This document shows positions 26,454-34,166 of a DNA stretch of 64,000 nucleotides, in pieces; position 1 is the first letter of the stretch; each line of letters opens with the position of its first letter. Position numbers and translations under genes: made by a program. The stretch covers positions 21,267-85,266 of the forward strand of contig CAZABT010000001.1 in the NCBI GenBank assembly GCA_964483395.1. Reading direction: 5' to 3'. This DNA is from an uncultured Lachnospiraceae bacterium (GTDB taxonomy: Bacteria > Bacillota > Clostridia > Lachnospirales > Lachnospiraceae). Below the pieces are notes generated by a model. The model saw only the letters and a program-made list of their open reading frames with translations. It was not told where the DNA came from and did no database searches.

Positions 26454-29251
26454 ACCGAGAATCCCGGAAGGCTGCATTGCAGCAGTATATGCTTCCGCCG
26501 GCGGCAACCTTGCTCATTGTCGGCATTGTGCTATGGCTGAAGCAGATTTTTCCGTTTGGCGGGAATACAATTGATTATTATGATATGGGGCAGCAGATTG
26601 CCGCATTTTATTATCATGTTTATGATGCCCTGCATGGGACAAAGTCCTTGTTTTACGATTGGTACAGTGCTCTGGGTACGAACATGACGATGAACACATC
26701 AGGCTGCAGCAGTATCAGCTTGTTCAACCTGCTGCTGTACTTTGTGCCGCGTGAGGGTATTTTGCAGGCACTATCCATTTTTACAATGGTTAAGATGGCT
26801 TGTATGTCCCTGACAATGTATCATTTTCTGCATAAGACGATCAAGGCAGCATATGTCTGGGAATTTTGCTTTTCTGTCTGCTACGGAGTCTGCGGCTTTG
26901 CCATGATGTATTATATCACGAACCAGTGGCTGGATGTGGCTGTTTTCCTGCCGCTTTTGGCAGGTGCGGCAGTACGTCTGTGTAAAGAAAAGCGCATGAT
27001 GTCTTATGTGGTATATCTGACGATCTGTCTGACCGGCAGCTATTATCAAAGCTTTATGATTCTGATTTTTATTATGTTGGCGGTCGGAGCCTATTATTTG
27101 ACAGTCGGTGCATCTGAACGCGAAGAACGCAAGGCGGCGGTGTGCAGACTGGCGCTTGGTACGGCGCTGGCGTTCGGCCTGTCTGCTTTTATTTTGCTTC
27201 CGCAGCTGATACAGACCTTTGGTTCGACACGATTTGAAAACAATAACAAGGAAGGCAATTTTTATCTGAACATTTTAAAGCAGGTGAAGGGAGTCTATAC
27301 AACGAGGTGGTGGAGTCTGCTCGGCTTGTCACTGCCGTTTGCGGTGATCCTCCGAGGAATCTGTACCGGAATCCGCCGTTCGGGTTCATGGAAACAATAT
27401 CGTACAGGTGGGTACTTCAAAAAAGATTTATTTTTTGTATTGATGATTGTAATGATGTGCTTGGAACTGCTGCTTGAAAGTGTCAATCTGATGTGGCATT
27501 TTGGATCCTATGTCGGGTATCCGATCAGAAATGGGTTTATCATCAGTCTTATGGTGTTGACAGCGGCATGCTATTATGCAAAGCGTCAGGAAATCAGCGA
27601 ACAGGAGGACGGAGAGAATTGTTTGCTGTATAAGCTGCTGTTAGGCAGTGTTTCAACAGCTATCATTGCGGGACTTGTGATCTGTGCATACCGGAGCCGT
27701 ACGGACTGGGTGCTGCGCAGTGTGTTTCATATGACGGCATTGATTTGCGGAATCAGTTTTTTACTCTATTCTCTGCTTTTGTGGAGTTATACTGCTGCAA
27801 TCAGAGCAGGACTCAGCGGAAAGCGGATATTCCAGCGGGCGGCAATCGTGAATCTGCTTTTGGCAGAACTGGTTGTATTTGCATATATGATGCTTGGAAA
27901 ACCCGATTATACGACGGGCTATTCTGAGCAGGCAGAGCAAAGTGGTGATTATATTGCGGAGACCAATGAACTGGTAGAAGAACTGCACATCACAGACTCT
28001 GCAACAGAAAGAATCAAAAATCCAGATACGGAGTTGAATGCGAATTATCCGTTTGTCATGCGTCATGCATCACTCAGTAACTGGACGCATATGATAGAAC
28101 CCTCCTTTCAGAAGGGAGCAGTAGACTGGGGCTACTCTATCCAGTATATGCGAGTGCTGGATGCGGGCGGTACGGTATTTTCTGATGCATTGCTGGGCAT
28201 CCGTCAGGTACTCAGTGTTAAGGAACAGCCGGAAGAACTTTATGAAGAGGTTGGAGGCACAACGGTAGGAGAAGGCAGTGAAGCGAAAGAATACAAGCTG
28301 TATCAAAGCAAATATACCTTACCGTTTGGAATTGTAATAGAAGGCTATGACAATGAAACCTATGAGACTCTGAGTGCAGAGGCTGATGATCGATTTGCAG
28401 TGCAAAATGCACTTTATAAGCAGATGCGGCCTTCAGAAGAGGCTCCGCTGATAGAGACGGTCTGTGCCGGTGAGGGAGCAGCGGATGCGCAGCAGAGCAT
28501 CAGGATAACAGGACAAAAGGTACTTTATTTTTCCGGAGCAAGCGTGGACAGTGATGAGGGAAATATGATTATATCGGTGAATGGCAGGCAGGTTGCAGTG
28601 CCAACGATCGGGAGTCCGGAGCAGGTGAATTATCCGGCATATTTCAATAATAATTTCATCTGTCTGGGGGTATTCGAGAATGAAACCGTTCAGATAGATA
28701 TAGAGTTTTTGGATGTTGAGGAAGCTAAAAGAATGGATCGTGATGAGTGCTTTTCCATTGGAGCACTCGATCTTGAATTGCTGCAGGAGCTTTGCAGCAG
28801 TGAAGCAGAAAAGGAAATGGTAACAGAGCCGGTTACAGACAATACGAGTCTGACGCTTACGGTGAAGGATGCGCCCGAAGGAGGCACGTTACTGCTTCCG
28901 GTCAAATATGATCGGGGCTTTGCCGTGCAGGGGAATGCCATGGAAGTCCGAACGGAGCAGGGGTATGGTGTGTTTACTGCAATTCCGCTGCAGGAAGGTG
29001 ACAATCGGATTGTCATGAAGTTCTTCCCCACTGGAATGCGTATAGGCTGTATCCTCAGTCTCTTGACAATGCTCCTTGCAAATGCATTGTTGTATGCCGT
29101 AAAAAGAAACAGGCTGCTGCTGTCGAATCGGACAGAGCAGGTGCTTCACAATGTAGTGTGGAAGTTATTTTTGGCCGTATGGGCCGCCGCAGTGCTGGTA
29201 ATCTATATCATACCGGTTTTATATGCACCGTTTGGGCTGTTGCTGAAATAG
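26450..29251 (+). CDS. YfhO-family GT-C membrane glycosyltransferase
   Basis: FPFGGNTIDYYDMGQQIAAFYYHVYDAL..SLFYDWYSALGTNM is a typical YfhO N-terminus. The protein has many TM segments, a large extracytoplasmic domain and a C-terminal TM. TTG 26450 has a GAGGAG RBS at 8 nt; the ORF-track start is GTG 26408. Confidence 0.75.
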   Translation: MNRESRKAALQQYMLPPAATLLIVGIVLWLKQIFPFGGNTIDYYDMGQQIAAFYYHVYDALHGTKSLFYDWYSALGTNMTMNTSGCSSISLFNLLLYFVPREGILQALSIFTMVKMACMSLTMYHFLHKTIKAAYVWEFCFSVCYGVCGFAMMYYITNQWLDVAVFLPLLAGAAVRLCKEKRMMSYVVYLTICLTGSYYQSFMILIFIMLAVGAYYLTVGASEREERKAAVCRLALGTALAFGLSAFILLPQLIQTFGSTRFENNNKEGNFYLNILKQVKGVYTTRWWSLLGLSLPFAVILRGICTGIRRSGSWKQYRTGGYFKKDLFFVLMIVMMCLELLLESVNLMWHFGSYVGYPIRNGFIISLMVLTAACYYAKRQEISEQEDGENCLLYKLLLGSVSTAIIAGLVICAYRSRTDWVLRSVFHMTALICGISFLLYSLLLWSYTAAIRAGLSGKRIFQRAAIVNLLLAELVVFAYMMLGKPDYTTGYSEQAEQSGDYIAETNELVEELHITDSATERIKNPDTELNANYPFVMRHASLSNWTHMIEPSFQKGAVDWGYSIQYMRVLDAGGTVFSDALLGIRQVLSVKEQPEELYEEVGGTTVGEGSEAKEYKLYQSKYTLPFGIVIEGYDNETYETLSAEADDRFAVQNALYKQMRPSEEAPLIETVCAGEGAADAQQSIRITGQKVLYFSGASVDSDEGNMIISVNGRQVAVPTIGSPEQVNYPAYFNNNFICLGVFENETVQIDIEFLDVEEAKRMDRDECFSIGALDLELLQELCSSEAEKEMVTEPVTDNTSLTLTVKDAPEGGTLLLPVKYDRGFAVQGNAMEVRTEQGYGVFTAIPLQEGDNRIVMKFFPTGMRIGCILSLLTMLLANALLYAVKRNRLLLSNRTEQVLHNVVWKLFLAVWAAAVLVIYIIPVLYAPFGLLLK

Positions 29252-29266
29252 CAGGAGGGATTTGGA

Positions 29267-30970
29267 ATGCATAAAAATGAAAAACTCAGGGAGCTTCTGA
29301 AAAAACCGTTTGTCATTGCTGCGATACAGAATATCGTCTGTCTGTTATCCTCGTTGTGTCTATTTCATCCGCACTTTGAGGAAAATGATGATGTCATCAT
29401 CGCATTTATTGCGGAAGGGGTATATGGGGCAAGAGACAGTCATCTTGTCTATGTGAATCATTGTCTGGGAGATTTTCTGAAGTTTCTGTACAGCCTGTGC
29501 GATGGAGTACGCTGGCATTCCGTGCTGCAGTATGTGGGAGTGTTTACTGCTTTTACAGTTTTATCCTATATCCTGATCCGTGAAAAAAAGCATGGCGGGC
29601 TGTTGTCTGCGTTGTTTCTGCTTTGCACGTTCTATGAGGCATATGTTTCCCTGCAGTACACAAAAACAGCGGCGATTCTTGTGGCAATTGGTTATGTGAT
29701 CATTTTCTACTGTCTAAAAATCGTTCGGCGCGGAGAAAAAAGCATTGAGGGACTCATGGCAGTGGGAGCCATTTTGCTGTTTTACGGAGCATTGCTGCGT
29801 ATCAGTTGCTTTTATATGGCTACGGCAGTATTTATTCTGCCCGCTGTGAATGAAGTTTTCAAGATATGCAGAGAAACGGCAGTCGGCCACAAGAAAAAAC
29901 TTTTGTTCGCTTATCTGGCTGTGTTTGCGGCAATTTTTATGGCAATCTGTGCTTTTGGCTATGTTGATCGTCAGGCATATGTATCAAATGAAGGCTGGGC
30001 ACGCTATAAGACCTTTAATGCGAATCGCATGAAGCTGTTGGATTATCGTTATGATCTGATGAATTATGAAACGTATGGTGAGGAATTGGAAGAACTGCAT
30101 GTATCGGAGAATGATGCCCTGCTTTATCTTACCTGGCAGTTTGGTGACAGCAGTGTGTTTAACAATCAGCTCATCAATGAAGTTATTAAGGATGCTGCAC
30201 CCCGACCGCTTGACATAGGGATGCTGAAGCGTCTGGCAGCACATATCTTTGAGGAATTGTATGGGCTGAATGCTTATATGATAGGAATTTTGGGCGTGGG
30301 TCTTTGGATGCTTCTGAATCGAAAAAAACAGACCGTTCTGCTTGTGCTTTACCTTGGAGCTGTATTAACGGCAGTGCTTTGCTATTACGAGTACAGCGGC
30401 AGATGGAATCACAGAGTTGTTTTTGCAATACTTTTTACTGTTTTGCTCATGCTGCTCGCATACGATGGAGGCGAAGAAAAAAAGCTGATGCAAATGCTGA
30501 TTGGAATTTGTCTGATGATCAATGTGGGCCTGTTTTTGAAGGATTCCTTCGATTATAACCGCTATGTGCGGGAGGAAGCATCGGGAACAGCGCAGTTGAC
30601 GGCATATACGGAACAACATGAGGACAATCTATATCTGATTGACCCGTTTACAGATCAGACGGCATATCAGTATGATGTATTCAAGGCTTATCCGGAGGGT
30701 GCATTTAAGAATCGCACCTATTTTGGCGGATGGCTGTCCAATTCTCCGGTTTATGCGGAAGTGCTGAAGCGGTACGGGTACAGGAATGCGTTTCAGGCGT
30801 TGAAGGCATCGCCGTCGGATGAGCGGATTTATTTGATAGATAATTGCTATCCGGAAGAAAAACTGCTTTATTTGCAGGAGCACTATGGGAAAAAGCTTGC
30901 TCTGGAAAAGGTGGAGTGTGTAGGTGGATATACGATTTACAGAGCGATCAAAGCAACTGGAGAAAATTAA
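29267..30970 (+). CDS. polytopic membrane protein with soluble C-terminal domain, unknown family; GT-C-like candidate
   Basis: An acidic loop HFEENDD follows the first TM. About 10-12 TM segments and a roughly 130-aa C-terminal soluble part. AGGAGGG RBS. Confidence 0.55.
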   Translation: MHKNEKLRELLKKPFVIAAIQNIVCLLSSLCLFHPHFEENDDVIIAFIAEGVYGARDSHLVYVNHCLGDFLKFLYSLCDGVRWHSVLQYVGVFTAFTVLSYILIREKKHGGLLSALFLLCTFYEAYVSLQYTKTAAILVAIGYVIIFYCLKIVRRGEKSIEGLMAVGAILLFYGALLRISCFYMATAVFILPAVNEVFKICRETAVGHKKKLLFAYLAVFAAIFMAICAFGYVDRQAYVSNEGWARYKTFNANRMKLLDYRYDLMNYETYGEELEELHVSENDALLYLTWQFGDSSVFNNQLINEVIKDAAPRPLDIGMLKRLAAHIFEELYGLNAYMIGILGVGLWMLLNRKKQTVLLVLYLGAVLTAVLCYYEYSGRWNHRVVFAILFTVLLMLLAYDGGEEKKLMQMLIGICLMINVGLFLKDSFDYNRYVREEASGTAQLTAYTEQHEDNLYLIDPFTDQTAYQYDVFKAYPEGAFKNRTYFGGWLSNSPVYAEVLKRYGYRNAFQALKASPSDERIYLIDNCYPEEKLLYLQEHYGKKLALEKVECVGGYTIYRAIKATGEN

Positions 30971-30980
30971 CATATTCCAT

Positions 30981-31013
30981 CCAAATGTTACATTTAGATA
31001 ACCAAACATTACA
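30981..31013 (+). promoter_or_regulatory. pair of direct repeats in 21-bp phase; candidate LytTR response-regulator binding site
   Basis: CCAAATGTTACA (30981-30992) and CCAAACATTACA (31002-31013) match at 10/12 positions. The start-to-start distance is 21 bp. Confidence 0.45.
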
Positions 31014-31019
31014 ATTCTA

Positions 31020-31048
31020 TTGTTATTTCAATATACATATAGTATAAG
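31020..31048 (+). promoter_or_regulatory. candidate promoter of the LytTR/kinase operon
   Basis: TTGTTA, 17 nt, TATAAG. The -35 element starts 6 bp after the second direct repeat. Confidence 0.45.
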
Positions 31049-31096
31049 AAAATACAGAGATTGCATCTCAACAACCTGTGTTTATTTCTTATATGG

Positions 31097-31118
31097 CTCG
31101 CGGCTCATCCCCGCGAGC
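31097..31118 (+). other. GC-rich hairpin in the roughly 160-nt leader / inter-operon gap
   Basis: GCTCGCGG, a 6-nt loop, CCGCGAGC (8 bp perfect). No good U-tract follows directly. A weaker stem plus T6 follows at about 31128-31155. Confidence 0.35.
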
Positions 31119-31213
31119 TGTATTGCGTCTGTAATCTGAGACCGACAGATTTTTTGCTTGCCAATGTGTCGGACTGTATGAGAAAATAATGTGAGTGCAA
31201 GGAGGCGGTCTGA

Positions 31214-31936
31214 ATGATAACCTGTGCGGTATGCGATGATGATTATGTATATGCAGAGCGGATCAAAGAGAAAATTCAGGAATATGCGCTTCAAAAGGAT
31301 ATTCAGTGTGCTGTTGATGTATATGGCAGCGGTGAGGAACTGCTGGAACAGAAAAATAAAAAATACAGTGTTTATTTTCTGGATATGCAGATGAAGGAAA
31401 TTGACGGAATGAAGGTGGCCGGAGCAATCCGAGAGGCAGACGAGAGAGCGGTCATTGTATTTATTTCCGGCTATATTCAATATGCGGCAAGGGGCTATTG
31501 CGTCAATGCAGTCAGATATATTCTGAAGCCACAGCTTGAGGAGGAATTTGCGGACTGCATGGATGCAGTGGTTGAGCATTTATCCAATATTGATGAAACA
31601 CTGAGTATACATATCGGAACAAGAGACATCGAGTTAAAGCTGGATGATATCGTATATATAGAAAATGATAAGCGCAAGGTTTTGATTCATATGAGTGAGG
31701 AACAGGTGATTTACGAGACTTATGCGAAAATCTCGGATTTGGTTGAGCGCCTTCACCGAAACGGTTTCATTTATTGTCATGCGGCTTATCTGGTCAATGC
31801 GAATAAAATTACGGAAATAGGTCCGACAGAATTTTTGCTGGTCACCGGGGAGAGGGTTCCCATCAGCAGACAGAAATATCTGCAGGCACAAAAGGAATAC
31901 TATTTCTGCAAAGTGAAGTCTAATGTGTTTCATTAG
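31214..31936 (+). CDS. LytTR-family (LytR/AlgR/AgrA-type) response regulator
   Basis: Receiver residues are present (CDDD, FLDMQM, VFISGY, ILKP). The C-terminal LytTR domain shows DIVYIE..RKV.IH..YAKISDL. AAGGAGG RBS. Confidence 0.9.
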   Translation: MITCAVCDDDYVYAERIKEKIQEYALQKDIQCAVDVYGSGEELLEQKNKKYSVYFLDMQMKEIDGMKVAGAIREADERAVIVFISGYIQYAARGYCVNAVRYILKPQLEEEFADCMDAVVEHLSNIDETLSIHIGTRDIELKLDDIVYIENDKRKVLIHMSEEQVIYETYAKISDLVERLHRNGFIYCHAAYLVNANKITEIGPTEFLLVTGERVPISRQKYLQAQKEYYFCKVKSNVFH

Positions 31937-31965
31937 CAGAGATTGCAAAGGGGGCTGAGATTTCA

Positions 31966-33276
31966 ATGGACACGATCTGGCATGCGATACCGCATTTACA
32001 GATGATTTTCCTGCCGCGCATATTGGAAGCGATTGCAATCAGGGAGTTTATGGACATTGTAGTTGTCAGAAGATATAAAAGACAGGTGTACTATATTATA
32101 TGGTATCCTGTTTTCGTTTTGTGGCTGTACGCAGTCTCACTGCTTGCAATACCGGAGCCGGCAGAGCTTTTGGTCAACATGCTTTTTTCTCTGTTTACAG
32201 TATCACTGCTGTATACGGGAAGTAAGGTGCAGTATTTGGCAGCTGCGGTCATAGCAATTGCGGGAAATAAGCTTTTTGATATCTTTATGACGCAGGGTTA
32301 TGCGCTGCTGTTTCACATTGATATAAAAAGTGTCGCAGCCAACAGTGTTGAGCTGTTCGGAGTGATCATGCTGACAAAGCTCACGGAAATGCTGCTTGTT
32401 AAGATTATGCGAGGAATCGTGGGCTGCCGGAGAATTAAGGGCTTAAAGAATGAGGATTACTTCTTGTACTTTCTCATGCCGATTGTCAGTGTTGTCGTTA
32501 TGAACCTGCTGTTTGCCGATTGTGTCCGGCACGGAACCATGTCAGATATACTGATGTATGCAATGCTGGGAATTGTGGTGCTGGATATTGCAATCTTCCA
32601 CATGATGCACAGAATGGAGTCTTATTATAAGTCAGAGAGCAACCTGCGTGTTTTGTACAGTCAGGCGACGGCGCAGATGGAAAATATAGCGGCAGTAGAA
32701 CAGACGCATAAAAGGCTGCGGCAGATTTCACACGGAATCACAACACAGCTGTCAGCGATCGAAACGCTGCTGAGACATCATAAATATCAGGAAGCCGAGG
32801 ATTATCTGAAGAGCATAACGGATACGGTTGAGCAGGATATGCTTCCGATTCATACAAACAATGTCGTTGTAGATGCCCTGCTGAACCAGAAATATATTCT
32901 GGCTCATGCTAAGGGAATCAAGATGCAGTTTGACATTCAGGACTTACAGAATCTTCGGATCAGGACGACGGACATGGTATCGATCCTGTCCAATGGATTG
33001 AATAATGCAATAGAAGCCTGTCAGGCTGTTGAGGGAAACCGGATGATCGAACTTAAAATCATCAATGGAGATTCGGAACTGTTGATTTCGATTCAGAATA
33101 CGGTTCGGCAGGATATTGCAATCGAAGGCAGTCTGATTCCGACATCAAAAGCAGATAAGTTTCATCATGGCTTGGGTCTGGAAGGCATCAATGCCGTTGT
33201 AAAACGATATAACGGAACGTTGTTTTTGGAGTGCGAAAACAGGATTTTTAAGCTGATTGCAGTTATAAACTCCTGA
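31966..33276 (+). CDS. AgrC-like sensor histidine kinase (6-7 TM sensor + GHKL ATPase, HATPase_c_5 type)
   Basis: The N-terminal roughly 200 aa is polytopic. H-box region LRQISHGITTQLSAI. N-box SNGLNNAIEA. G-box HHGLGLEGI..YNGTL. Confidence 0.8.
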   Translation: MDTIWHAIPHLQMIFLPRILEAIAIREFMDIVVVRRYKRQVYYIIWYPVFVLWLYAVSLLAIPEPAELLVNMLFSLFTVSLLYTGSKVQYLAAAVIAIAGNKLFDIFMTQGYALLFHIDIKSVAANSVELFGVIMLTKLTEMLLVKIMRGIVGCRRIKGLKNEDYFLYFLMPIVSVVVMNLLFADCVRHGTMSDILMYAMLGIVVLDIAIFHMMHRMESYYKSESNLRVLYSQATAQMENIAAVEQTHKRLRQISHGITTQLSAIETLLRHHKYQEAEDYLKSITDTVEQDMLPIHTNNVVVDALLNQKYILAHAKGIKMQFDIQDLQNLRIRTTDMVSILSNGLNNAIEACQAVEGNRMIELKIINGDSELLISIQNTVRQDIAIEGSLIPTSKADKFHHGLGLEGINAVVKRYNGTLFLECENRIFKLIAVINS

Positions 33277-33287
33277 AAAAACATAAC

Positions 33288-33307
33288 TGTAAACAAATTG
33301 TAAACAA
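33288..33307. repeat. direct repeat TGTAAACAA x2 in 11-bp phase, with an inverted related copy (TGTTTATTTACA) at 33315-33326
   Basis: Read directly. It lies upstream of and overlapping the candidate promoter of the Spo0A-C gene. Confidence 0.5.
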
Positions 33308-33320
33308 CATTTCATGTTTA

Positions 33321-33349
33321 TTTACAAGAAATGTATCAAATGGTAAAGT
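33321..33349 (+). promoter_or_regulatory. weak candidate promoter for the Spo0A C-domain gene
   Basis: TTTACA, 17 nt, TAAAGT. Confidence 0.3.
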
Positions 33350-33404
33350 TTCTCTGGGGAGTAAGCGAGAATGCTGTCTGACGGCAGACCGGGGGGTCAA
33401 TTCA

Positions 33405-33785
33405 GTGGTTGAATCAGCAGCGGATCTAGAGATTCATGTAACAGAAGTATTACGGCAGGTGGGAGTACCGGCCAGGCTGACGGGCTATCATTATCTGCGG
33501 GAAGCGATCATGATGCTTGTGGATGATATGGAGATTTCCCATTCTATCACTAAGGTATTGTATTATGATGTGGCAAAAAAGCACCATTCAACAACGGAGA
33601 AGGTTGAGAGAGCCATACGTACGGCAGTGGAGGTCTCTTGGGAAAGAGGTAATTCCCAAGTGTTTGAACAGATATTTGGATATTCTGTGATCAGCGGACG
33701 AAAAAAGCCCTGCAATTCGGAATATATGGTTCAGATTGCTGATCAGATACGGTTAAAGAGAAAATATCAAACACCCTTGATTTAA
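33405..33785 (+). CDS. stand-alone Spo0A C-terminal (DNA-binding) domain protein, no receiver domain
   Basis: GVPARLTGYHYLREAI, ..EKVERAIRTAVEVSWERGN..FGY..KPCNSEYMVQIADQIRLK aligns by eye with the effector domain of Bacillus Spo0A. GTG start after a GGGGGG RBS. Confidence 0.85.
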   Translation: MVESAADLEIHVTEVLRQVGVPARLTGYHYLREAIMMLVDDMEISHSITKVLYYDVAKKHHSTTEKVERAIRTAVEVSWERGNSQVFEQIFGYSVISGRKKPCNSEYMVQIADQIRLKRKYQTPLI

Positions 33786-33803
33786 TTCAGGGGTGTTCTT
33801 TTT
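33770..33803. terminator. bidirectional rho-independent terminator shared by the convergent Spo0A-C and zinc-ribbon genes
   Basis: AACACCCTTGA, a 6-nt loop, TCAGGGGTGTT (11 bp including one G-U), then CTTTTTG on the + strand and TTGATATTTTCT on the - strand. Both stop codons lie inside the hairpin. Confidence 0.7.
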
Positions 33804-34045
33804 GTCCAGGTCTGATACCGTTTGGTTCGCTTGGAAAAGCGATAGGTGGCGTGCATGGCACGGCGGAAGTGCTCATCAGACAGCCGGGATAATATTTGAG
33901 TGCGTTCTGTCGGAGAATAATTCACATAATCATTAAACTGCAGCTTCATTTCCTGCAGCTGCAGTCCGCATTTCAAACATTCATGCTGATGTCCGCTGAG
34001 CATGAAGATCTGATGACAATTATGGCAGTAGTGTAAATACATCAT
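33782..34045 (-). CDS. small zinc-ribbon protein (CxxC..CxxC), hypothetical
   Basis: 87 aa with CHNCH..CLKCG. GGGAGG RBS 8 nt upstream. It has its own TTGACA promoter, and its stop lies inside a bidirectional terminator. Confidence 0.6.
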   Translation of the reverse strand: MMYLHYCHNCHQIFMLSGHQHECLKCGLQLQEMKLQFNDYVNYSPTERTQILSRLSDEHFRRAMHATYRFSKRTKRYQTWTKRTPLN

Positions 34046-34077
34046 AACTTAACCTCCCTGATACTGTTTCCATGTAA

Positions 34078-34106
34078 ATTTAAATATAAATTCATGTTGC
34101 TGTCAA
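34078..34106 (-). promoter_or_regulatory. candidate promoter of the zinc-ribbon gene
   Basis: On the minus strand: TTGACA (34106-34101), 17 nt, TTAAAT (34083-34078). About 30 nt upstream of the ATG. Confidence 0.5.
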
Positions 34107-34166
34107 TTGCGTACAAATAAATAACAGGAGAATACAGAAAATCATTGTGCCTGAAATGCTGTTTTA

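Noticed and set aside
31093-31134. A 13-codon ORF (MARGSSPRAVLRL) in the leader upstream of the LytTR regulator, considered as a possible autoinducer precursor or leader peptide.
   Set aside because: It has no RBS, its sequence is simply the GC hairpin read in frame, and it has no resemblance to AgrD-type precursors.
31214-33276. Calling the two-component pair a bona fide agr quorum-sensing locus.
   Set aside because: No AgrB or AgrD equivalents are present in the window, and the kinase H-box differs from the AgrC type. Only the generic LytTR/GHKL class can be supported.
33314-33346. A 10-codon ORF (MFIYKKCIKW, contains Cys) downstream of the kinase gene, considered as a possible signalling peptide.
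   Set aside because: It has no RBS, it overlaps the predicted promoter and repeats of the next gene, it is too short for known processed autoinducers, and no AgrB-like processing enzyme is nearby.
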